From positions 34,782,001-34,846,000 of the forward strand of contig NC_042998.1 of the NCBI RefSeq assembly GCF_006345805.1: 64,000 nt of DNA, given 5' to 3'. Origin of the DNA: Octopus sinensis. Lineage: Eukaryota. Below, in pieces: positions 53,230-64,000 of the stretch. A program made the translations under genes and the position numbers. How positions within the stretch are numbered: the first letter of the stretch is position 1; each line of letters opens with the position of its first letter. Under the pieces are notes generated by a model. That model was given only the letters and a program-made list of their open reading frames with translations. It searched no databases and was not told the origin of the DNA.

Positions 53230-53670
53230 TTATAATGGTTCCGATTAAAGTCTGCATTCACAAAATTGTATAGCATCTTGAGAAGCCCCTTGAAAGCTTC
53301 AAGACCGAGATCCGTATATCGAACTGCTCTGTCTTCCCTGTGTTAAAGTATGGAAGTGAAGTATTGTCTACAACATCAGAAATGAGAAGGTGCCCGGAGA
53401 GCTGTGAAATGTGGTCCTTAAAGAGAATATTGACGATAGCATAGACAAAGTGTCTAATAAGGAAGCGATGACCCTAACTGCGGTAGATAGGAAACAGCTT
53501 CGAGAGATAAGGGCGAATGAAGGGATTCCAGTTACTAGATGGGGGCTATCAGTTGACCCCAAGGTGAGAAAGAGAGAAATAAAGGGCGGAATTGGTTATG
53601 AGGATAGTAAAATCACATCTAAGACAAACAGGACTGGCGAGCATTATGGTAACTGACAGCGCAAGTTTGG
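53230..53670 (+). mobile_element. Degenerate RTE-clade LINE fragment
   Basis: CSVFPVLKYGSEV, MWSLKRILTIA and DKVSNKE resemble the post-RT RTE motifs VFPV..YG.E.W and MW..RR.L.I.W. Confidence 0.65.
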
Positions 53671-53704
53671 GATTTTTTTCGAAAAAATTTTATCCTACAT
53701 TAGT

Positions 53705-53736
<32 letters not shown>

Positions 53737-55191
53737 CCTGTACATAATATGTCTTTATACGTATGTTCATAGGTATCTGTCTGTATATATATATATATAT
53801 ATACACGCATACACACGCATACACGCACGCACACATAATTCCATTAAAACAGGTTCAAAGGATTTTCGTTGTCATGTATGAGCAAGATTTTCAATATCTA
53901 TAAAGATATTTTTTATGATTCGTATTTTGCGATGATTATATGCCTGTGTATCTGTGTGTTTGCGCGCGCATGTGTGCATACACACGCACACACACACAGA
54001 GACATATACCTACACATACATATGTATTTATATGTGCTTAGAATATGTGTGTGTGTGTATGTGTGCGCTAATAGAAGTGTACACATACATTCATATTTTC
54101 ACCTCTTCCGGGTATCGATGTATCCACATACTCTCAATTTGTTTCTGCCGTGTACCATTTTCATTTGTTTACCATTTATCATGAAAAGCAAAAGTTGTTA
54201 TCTAAGACACACAATACCTGAGGCGCCAAGAGAAAATCTGATATCTCGGAAGCTACCCTTTTCTAAGATTGGAGAAAATTTGATATTTACTCGGAATAGA
54301 TTGTAATTACTGTTTGTAGCATAGTTCCGTCTTGAGTTTCTCTTTTATCTTTTACTCATTTCAGTCATTGGACTGCGGCCATGCTGGGTCACCGCCATGT
54401 AGGGTTACAGTCGAAACCAGTCGACTTCGCTACTTCTTGCGCTTATTTTGACACATATTTTCGCAGAGTCACTAAGTTACGCCGACGTAAACAAACTAAC
54501 ACCGTTTGTCAAGTGATGGAAGAACAAACGCAAATACACACACATGCACACACATATATTTATATACGAAGGGCTAATTTCGGTTTCCGTCTAATAAACC
54601 CATCTTGATTATTGGTTTCACTCTGTTACGGCTGTTGTACTCTCCGGTCTTTTTCACGTGTCTTGTGTTGTATCGGAATTTCGAACCTAACCTTTTAGTT
54701 CATGCACAGGGGTACGTTGCTCTCATTCCACTCTCTGACATTGTTTGCTTCAGTTAATTCTTTTATGAATTACCTTATTGCCTTCTTTGGCATTGAACTC
54801 AGAACCTCAAACCGACAACACTAAAACAACCAACGTCTTTATCTACTACGCTATGTTCGTAGGCGCCAGAGAGAATTTTCTAAAAATTATAAACCTAATG
54901 TCTATGTAATCTACTGAGGTAGCTTGTCCTTTCCTTTCTTAATTATTGGTTCCAATATTGTATTCATCTCTGTACATGGCCTGCTTAAGTGGTTGGCAGG
55001 TCCTAGCATACGCGCTACTTTCTTAATTTTTCCAATACCAATAACCGAGTTCAACACAAGACAACTGAAAAAGGTTGGAGTGTACAACATCCAAGACGTA
55101 ATGGAAGCTGCTATCAAAAATAAACACTATATATAATTGTTGGTGAGTGTGTGTTTGTGAGTCTGTGTGTGTATGCATGTGTTTATATGTG

Positions 55192-55574
55192 ACTAGCAGT
55201 ATCGCCCAGCGTTGCTCAGGTTTGTAAGGGAAATAACTATAAAGCATTTTTAGAGAGTTATAGCCAAAAAATAGCAAAAAAATGGAAAAAAAATGATGGT
55301 AAATTTTTTTTGAGAGTTAAAAAAGGTGGAGTTGCGTCCCCTAGACGGTCTGTGGTTTGGGTTTCTGATTCTCGACCTCATGTCGAATTTATCGATTTTT
55401 TTCAGAACTGGGGGAACTTTTCAAAATTTTCGCTGCGTTAGTTTTGAATTATGACATTGGGCTATGTGTGTGTCAAGTTTCATCAGAATCGGTTGAAAGC
55501 CGTGGTCAGAGTGAGGGTACGAGAAAACAGACACACAGAAAACGCACAGACAAACTGCCGTTTATATATAGAGA
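55192..55574 (-). mobile_element. Non-autonomous Helitron-like element
   Basis: Minus strand starts TCTCTATATATAAACGGCAG and ends CCTGAGCAACGCTGGGCGATACTGCTAG-T; same 3' end as 21994-22372 with a different body. Confidence 0.82.
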
Positions 55575-55614
55575 GATTATATATATATTGAGGAGTAGGG
55601 TGTTTTTGAGGAGA

Positions 55615-55940
55615 GTTACTACAGGCCATTATATCAACAAAAAGAGCACAAGAAATATATTTATAACTGCAAATATGAAAGCAGAAATCTGTTTTCCTCT
55701 ATGAAATGTCCGAACTGCGAAGATATATATTGACAAAACTGGAAAATTGCTATCAGAATGCATAGGAGTATACTAGCAGCAAATGGGGAAACTTTATGTC
55801 AGACAGATCCCATAACGTAGTCATTTCGAAACATGCTACTATAAAATATTTCTAATATATACTTTTCTCAAGAGAAATTCAAAGAAAACAGAAGAAAATA
55901 ATTTTTTTGAGGAGATCAAACAAGTTCTGAATGAAAAATA
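55615..55940 (+). mobile_element. PLE GIY-YIG endonuclease remnant
   Basis: NLFSSMKCPNCEDIYIDKTGKLLSECIGVY*QQM...VRQIP..SHFETC (CxxC-YIG-T pattern). Confidence 0.7.
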
Positions 55941-56154
55941 ACAAATTCAATTCGATTTAAAATTAACATTCACTGAAAAACCGTTGTAATGTTATAGGTA
56001 TTATCTTTCCTCAATAAAATATCGCCAATCAGATTTAGTTCCTATTGCTCTTTACCTTAACTCAACAACATAAGAATTAAAAGGTGAAAATTTCCGAAGA
56101 TGGAATTTGATCGTCTCATGTATTCTCTGCGCACAATTTTACGAAGTCTGAGTT

Positions 56155-56263
<109 letters not shown>

Positions 56264-56622
56264 ACAAATACACACGCGTGCGCATAATATATATATATAT
56301 ATACGCACTGCACTTAGCTGTTTATATTAATTTTTTTGTACACGCATTAACATTCCGCTAAACCATTCATAATTTTTTTACGGCAAATGCATATACGCTA
56401 ACAGACGAAAGTAGCCGAACCTGTGCCGTTCGAACAGTCATCACCATCGATTCCTACGGAATAGGTGAAACTAGATGTCTAGTCTGGGGATTCTCAAGTC
56501 GGTCATGGAGCGGTAACATCCCCTGTCAGCATATGTGTATACATTTGCGGTATTCCTACGGCATTAGGAGTAATTTAACTATTATTTCTAGCAATGTAGT
56601 TGTTTCGGCACCCTAACTTATA

Positions 56623-56665
<43 letters not shown>

Positions 56666-57199
56666 AAAAAATGAAGTTCGAAAATGCTGCTGTATTATAC
56701 AATTTTTAATTTTTATATATATACATTATAACATGTTTCAGTTCCTGAAATTAACTTTATCAAAAAAGTTATATATAAAAAAAGACAGCTCATGCCGTCA
56801 AACACAAGAAATTCATTTATAATACACAACGGAGTCAGACATCTTAGAGTTCATGTATAGTTGATATATAGTTCATGTATAGTTGATATATAGTTTGAAG
56901 TATATGTTCAAAGTGTTCGATGCAGTGGCCCACGGTGGCGATACGTATTCAATACAAAAAACAGATCAAAGTGGTGGAAAGCGGTCAATACAGAAGATTG
57001 ATGTTTCCGAAAGAGCGAGGAATTCATTTTTACCTTAAGCAAATGTGATGACCCATGGTGGATGTTCGCTGGGTGGTTCTAATATATATATATATATATA
57101 AAGTTAACCCAAACAAGAAAGCACAAAAAAACACAACAACGCGAGGACGTGGAATAAATATAGTATTATTGGACGCTCAGGAAAGAAGGAAAGAACGAG

Positions 57200-57236
57200 C
57201 GTTCAACGTTTCGAGCGGAGCTCTTCGTCGGAAACA
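57200..57236 (-). ncRNA. Variant hammerhead motif (CCGANGA core) in a PLE-type terminal repeat (about 57100-57310)
   Basis: TGTTT-CCGACGA-A-GAGC-TCC-GCTC-GAAAC-GTT-GAACG. Confidence 0.65.
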
Positions 57237-57308
57237 TAGGAGAAGGAAAGATCCAGAGAAGGGAAGACAGAGGAAAAACATCGCCAACGGTACATACGCA
57301 GTCACATT

Positions 57309-57344
<36 letters not shown>

Positions 57345-58331
57345 ATTATGCTTATACATACAAATGTGTGTGTGTGTATATATGTATGTATGTATCGTTA
57401 GCTAGATTTCCTAGTTTCCCCATCTATTTCTCACAATATTATCTTTTCAATTTCCTCTCATTTTTCATCTCTATTACTGAACATTCACCCAGCTCAATTA
57501 CAAGCGTATGTTTTTTCTGGCTTTATACTTTGTGATATTTGCCACTATACACTTTACATGAAAATAATATCTTGTATAAACACCTGATATTGTTTTAAGC
57601 GATATGGATAATAATTTCCAAAATGAAATTAACGAAGCCTTACATATGTGTACAGTTCCATACGGGAGTTGCTCATTATAACCATTCTTCGGAGGTCAAC
57701 GTCTCTATCGTTCCGTAACAAAATACATTTCTTTGAAACCGCTATGATGTTATTCTTATTATAACATAACCCACTCTGAGATTATATCGTGGAATTGGTA
57801 TACAATTCTGCAAAGCGCCATCATTTATTAATAATACATATGCATCATCATGTACGTATACATCTAATCATATGTATACGCAGTCATGCATGTACATATA
57901 TATATACATACATGCACACGACCGACAACATGCATGAATGTATTTCATAGATGAAAACTATATTTATCATTATAATCTTAAACTGTCATTATAAATTCAT
58001 GCACTCATACATATACTTAGACATAAATACATGGGTCTACCTACTAATTTATGCGTATGTATATATATATATACACATATACATACATATATATATATAT
58101 GTGTGTGTGTGTATATATGTATATATATATATATAAATGTATACACATATATACATACGTGTGTGTATATATATATATATATATATAAAATTATAAATGA
58201 GGGTGAAAAATCGATATTAATTTAATAATACCGTCAATTTAACACCAAGTGGCTTAGCACAAAAAACTACGGAGGAATTTGTACTCCACCTGCCTTCGTC
58301 TTTTGTTTATTTTTGTAAAACTTTCCCCTAT

Positions 58332-58407
<76 letters not shown>

Positions 58408-58497
58408 TTCAGTCATACATTCGTGCATGCATACACACATACATACATATATATACACATGCATATTTTCATACATACATACATACATACATATATA

Positions 58498-58547
<50 letters not shown>

Positions 58548-58911
58548 AATGTATACACATATATATACATACGTGTATATATATATATATATACACTTAC
58601 ATATATACAGGACGCCATGATTGATCGTTAGCTCCTACACGCATTTTTTTCTCTCCTTGTTTTTTTCTGTGTATCCTTCTGTCGAAGAGCGTAGGCTCGA
58701 AACGTAATAGACTTGTTCTATTTCTATTCCAGAGCGCCATACTAATACATTTGTTTGTTTGTACTCCACCTGCCTTCGTCTTTTGTTTATTTTTGTAAAA
58801 CTTTCCCCTATATATATATATATATATATAATTTCTGTCATACATTCGTGCATGCATACACACATTACATACATATATATATACACATATACACATGCAT
58901 ATTTTCATATA

Positions 58912-58943
<32 letters not shown>

Positions 58944-58951
58944 CACATGCA

Positions 58952-59007
<56 letters not shown>

Positions 59008-61412
59008 TATATATACACACACCCTCCTACCTAGCTAATTATCGTAACAGCCCGCCCGCACTATCTACAAGACAGCAATATCTCTACAACAATAGAGAGA
59101 ATATTTAAAATCGTTTTGCTGGATAATTGTCGCTTGCTACTCGCTTGTAACTGAAAGGAGAATAAATGCTTCGTATGCGAAATGGCTTGAGTAGTATAAT
59201 TCTTCTAACATAATAGACGGCATTTATAATGATCATTACAGGCTATAGCTTTTTAGATAACGACAACCAGTTGATATCATCAACTTGCGAGCATGAGATC
59301 AACTAATTTTGATAAAAGTTGCTTTGTTAGCATCATCTGTGATAAGAATAAACGGCTTTCACCATACATGTAATATAGTGTATATGATGTGGCTATGTTT
59401 AGAAAAAACACTGCAGGATGCCACAATTTCGTGTGGAATGAGCTCAGAAAATTATTAATATAAGAAATTGATGTTTAATGTTAACTATGTTACCTAGTTT
59501 TTGTATTTGATTTACAAGGTTCTTGATGTGGATTTCTGTGTTGAAACAAATCGCGTTTGTTTCGTGGGTGGGTCATTACACCAACGATAAAGAACAAAAC
59601 ACGCACTGGTTCAATATCACTTCTTTATTTTTAGTCAGTTGGTTAAATATGTAACAAACGAACTAATCGATCGTTTGTTTAATGTACTGCTTAAATAATG
59701 AATCGTTTTGTTTTTTGTTATGTTATTCAAAGTCCTTTTGTCGCTACTTGCGACCTTGTCAATGACCTGTACTCACGCTTCAAGATCTACTCCGAGTTTG
59801 TCTGAGTTTTAGTCTTGTGCCTGTGTGTTTGTGTGCCTCTGTGTATGTAGATGTATATTTGTTTAGAAGAGAAGGGAAGGGTGAGAGTGAACGAAGTGTA
59901 TGTGTGTGTGTATGTGTGTGTGTGTGTGTGTGCGCGGGGTGGTGTGTGTGTGTGTGTACACCCGCGTGACTGCCTGTATGTGTTTGTGAGTATGCGTATG
60001 CGCATTAGCCATCTGTGACCTTCCTAAAAAGAAACAAGAGTTAACTATTTTGTTGTTATGGTGACGATAATGATGAGAATTGTGATGATGATCAGCCACA
60101 GCTGTCACCGTCACCTTCATCTTCGTGTTCACCCTCCTCTTCCTCCTAAACTTCTCTCTCCTCCCCCTCCCCCTCCTCTTCGCTTCACATCATCATTAAC
60201 TGTGGAAACAGCTATGGCTGCGAATACTGTTACATTCGTTGCTTCGTTTTGAAGTTTCTACTTTGCTAAAAAGGTAATATGTTCCTATGCTGTTAAGATG
60301 CTAGTGTCATAGGAGCAGTTAATGGAGTTGTTAGACTTCATATCAAGCCAGGTTTACTCATTTCGCAACAAAACGTAAATCCGTGCATATAATTTCTAAA
60401 CAGGCAAAAAAAAAAGCGTATCGTTCATATAACAGAAATAAACTCGGAAATTTAACCAATGAATTCTGCTGATTATTTTGGCTCTGAACGAACTAATTTT
60501 AGTACAACTTCTATAACTTTCACATGAAAGAAAAAAAAATATACTCAACTAAAAAGTCAGCTCTGTGTTTTTTATATTTTGTCTGGAAGAATTTTCTGCG
60601 AGAACTTTCGAAATTAATAGCGTCCACCAATTTACTAATTTGAGCAGATGGCGTACATTTTGCAAACGAAGACCAATTTTTTCCCCAATTTTTTTTGCTT
60701 GGATTCTATTGGTTCACCACGTAACATTCATTGATAAAATGTTTTCATGCTGTATTATCCAATTGATAGGTGCAGGCGTGGCTGTGTGATAAGAAGCTTG
60801 CTTTCGAAACGCATGGTTCCGGGTTCAGTCTCAATTTGTGACATTTTGGGCAAGTGTTTTCTACTATAGCGTCGGATCAACTAAGGCCATGTGAGTGGAT
60901 TTGGTAAAGGAGAAACTGAAAGACGCCCCTCGTGTGGTGTGTGTATATATATATTCTTTTACCTGTTTCAGTCATTATACTGCAACCATGTATGTATGTA
61001 ATGTGTGTGTGAGTTTGTCCCCCACCATCGTCTGACAACCGGTGTTGGTGTGTTCACGTCTCCGTAACTTGTATGTATATATTGACAGGGCAAGATTGCT
61101 AGGTAGTCGGCCGCATGCTAGAAATAGATCATCAACGATCAAACTACAAAGAAAGTTCTCTAGAGGAAAAATTCAGCGAACACCAGAACCAAATTTGGCG
61201 GGCAGGAGAGATGAAAATTTATATAAAAAACAGAATTAATTGCATACCTCGGTTATATATATATATACATACTCACACACACACACACACATACACCACA
61301 CACACCACACATACATACATATATAATATATATATATATATATTATATATATTTTTTTTTTTTTTTTCTAGTTTCAGCTCAGAGCTGCGGGCATGCTGAT
61401 GCACCGCCGTTG

Positions 61413-61499
<87 letters not shown>

Positions 61500-61661
61500 G
61501 AAAAAAACACCTCTTATCAATCCATAATGAAAATTAAATTATACCATTAAGAAAAATACATATTATAGAAAGATTGAATATAATAAAAACATATAACGAT
61601 GATTAAGTAATGTGCAAAATAATAAATAAAACGTATATATTTGGTAGAATAACAAGTCCAA

Positions 61662-61711
61662 GTTCACTGATATATATCTGGCAATATTGTGGGGGAAGAT
61701 ATCTGTTGTCA

Positions 61712-61783
<72 letters not shown>

Positions 61784-62225
61784 GGACAACAGATATCTTC
61801 CCCCACAATATTGCCAGATATATATCAGTGAACACACTTATTTCTTTAATGTCCACAGGGGGCTAAACACAAAGGAGACAAACGACAGACAAAGAGATTA
61901 AGTCGATTGCATCGATCCCAGTGCGTAACTGGTACTTATTTAATCGAGCCTGAATGGATGAAAGGCAAAGTCGACCTCGGTGGAATTTGAACTCTAAACG
62001 TTAAGTCAGACAAAATACTGCTAAGCGTTTCGCCCGACGTGCTAACGTTTCTGCCAGCTTGCCGCTTATATCAGTGAACACATTGACAGATGTGCAGAAC
62101 AATTACAACCACAATTCCTAATCTTCCCATTATATCAATCTGCTATTTGGACCTCAACGCAAGTGCGACTAAAGAGACTTCATTTATCGAAAAATATAAA
62201 CCAGAATTTAATATAAACCCATATT
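61662..62225 (+). mobile_element. PLE GIY-YIG remnant with 5' inverted duplication and nested SINE
   Basis: GQQISSPQYCQIYISEH [SINE B, TSD TATATCAGTGAACAC] IDRCAEQLQPQFLIFPL...TSFIEKYKPEFN; 61662-61714 is the inverted copy of about 61779-61832. Confidence 0.75.
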
Positions 62226-62583
62226 GAAAAGTATTAAATATAATATTGATTTAATCCTGAATCAAATACAAAGCAATATTAAAAATTACAGATTTACTTC
62301 CCCTCTACTAAAAATACCTTGGTTACCAATTATCACCCCCTAGCAAACAAAATCTCTAACTTCGAGTTCTATCCAACCCTCAAACTTTGAAAAAGCGTTA
62401 AGGAAACCGGTTATTATTATGTTGGAAGAAAAAAAATCTTATTTTATATAATATTGTATCATACTTTTGCTATGATGCTGCTGATATATTTTTAGTCGTG
62501 TAAAACAAATCTGTTTTTTCATCTTTTCTTATTCCCTGTATATTCAACCACGTGGAAGTACCATCAATACTTTCTATCTCATA

Positions 62584-62636
<53 letters not shown>

Positions 62637-63012
62637 GAGTAAGTAAATGAGTTGAACGCAGATGGTATTCAAATTCTTTTACGTTTGACATATGTTTCGA
62701 AGACAACATTGGTTTTATTCCAAAGGAATAAACGGTGTAAATGCAATCTTCTCACCAGGAAAGAAAGAGAACCTATCTCAACAACAAGACATTATAGAAA
62801 CAAATGTTAAAACTAAAAGAATTTCAATAACATCTTCGTTCAACTCCATTTATTTACTTATACTACACAAATTACTGCACATTAACCCGGAGTTTCCACC
62901 TTAGAATAGGTCGCTACATCCTTGTTAACTGCGTGAATTTTGTTACCCTGGTAACTGTTTATTGAATTTTCGCTGTTAGCGGTAAACAAAGGATAATTCA
63001 TTCATCCAATTA

Positions 63013-63064
<52 letters not shown>

Positions 63065-63086
63065 TGTGTGTGTGTGTGTGTATATG

Positions 63087-63118
<32 letters not shown>

Positions 63119-63139
63119 TGTATGTATGTATATGTATAT

Positions 63140-63566
63140 ATTTAAGGTGTTCGGGCTAAATATGAAGATTTTCATGTATCCTTATTTTCAGAACAGCTTG
63201 TAGTGGTGATCTTTCAAATGTAAATTTAATATTTGTACTTTGGAGAGCATAAAGATTGGATTTGTAGCTGAGAGAAAGTCAGCTGGCATGAAGAACTGGA
63301 AGCCCTCTGCATATTGGAAAAGTATTACGTCTATCATGGTGATTCGTGCTCGGTATCAAAAGTACCGACAGCATGAATGTTACTCAATGATTTGCCAATA
63401 CTTTATAGGCTGTAAGACGTGATGTGGACAGTCGTAATGGAGATTACGAAGCCGTGGCCCGGAGAGAGGGACACAGTAAGCGTTCTGGTTGCGTTCGCAC
63501 GCTTCAGTTTATCCAACAACTACAGGAAAAGTTGATGGAAGATCAGAGCAAGGTAATCCCGGTTTT

Positions 63567-63608
<42 letters not shown>

Positions 63609-63611
63609 TGT

Positions 63612-63659
<48 letters not shown>

Positions 63660-64000
63660 TGTAAGAAAGAGAGAGAGAGAGAGAGAGAGTGTGGTGTGTG
63701 TGTGTGTGTGAGAGAGATAGATGGGTGTTGGAGTCACCACCATGAAACTGGCTCTGAATGAGTATCATCGCCACTACTCGTGCAAGAGCAGCAAGGGACA
63801 AATTTTGGCAGTCATGGCCACGAAGAACCACTTGACTAAAATAAGGAAGTTGCTGTAGAAGTTCTGTGAAGTTCTGTTGAAGCGAGGATGATCTGGTTCT
63901 GCTTAAATGAAAAGCAATTTTTCCAGAACGAATTGCACAACATCCAGAACAAATGATGGCCTGAAACCCATACCATGTCCCAATGTCATGAAGACCAAGT
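63140..64000 (+). mobile_element. Degenerate Tc1/mariner-superfamily (maT/DD37D-like) transposase, 5' part, truncated by window end
   Basis: ARREGHSKRSGCVRTLQFIQQLQEKLMEDQSK and terminal ...HNIQNK*W...VMKTK resemble maT-type transposases; a (TG)n/(GA)n run is inserted. Confidence 0.65.

Overview
AT-rich, microsatellite- and transposon-dense eukaryotic DNA. The SINE families look like those of an Octopus (coleoid cephalopod) genome; this is an inference from repeat recognition. The only host gene I can support is a class A (rhodopsin-like) neuropeptide-type GPCR on the minus strand. Four coding exons (40093-39672, 16292-16194, 9777-9669, 4924-4821) splice in frame with GT-AG boundaries to give TM3 through the stop. 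The N-terminus/TM1-TM2 exons were not found and probably lie beyond 64000. The rest is intron or flank filled with three tRNA-derived SINE families, Tc1/mariner-superfamily relics, non-autonomous Helitrons, RTE and R4/Dong LINE fragments and Penelope-like (PLE) fragments. Most notable: (i) about ten minimal type-I hammerhead-ribozyme-like motifs with palindromic loop-less stem III and recurrent non-canonical cores; (ii) a unit joining a tRNA-like B-box, (AAT)n and a hammerhead tail, found as inverted pairs; (iii) microsatellite-targeted R4/Dong-type elements, with (TAA)n and (TACA)n lineages and short non-autonomous partners; (iv) a foldback element carrying two outward-facing tRNA-like units. 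Nearly all ORF-track entries are microsatellite artefacts. Repeat coordinates are read by eye and approximate unless TSDs are quoted.
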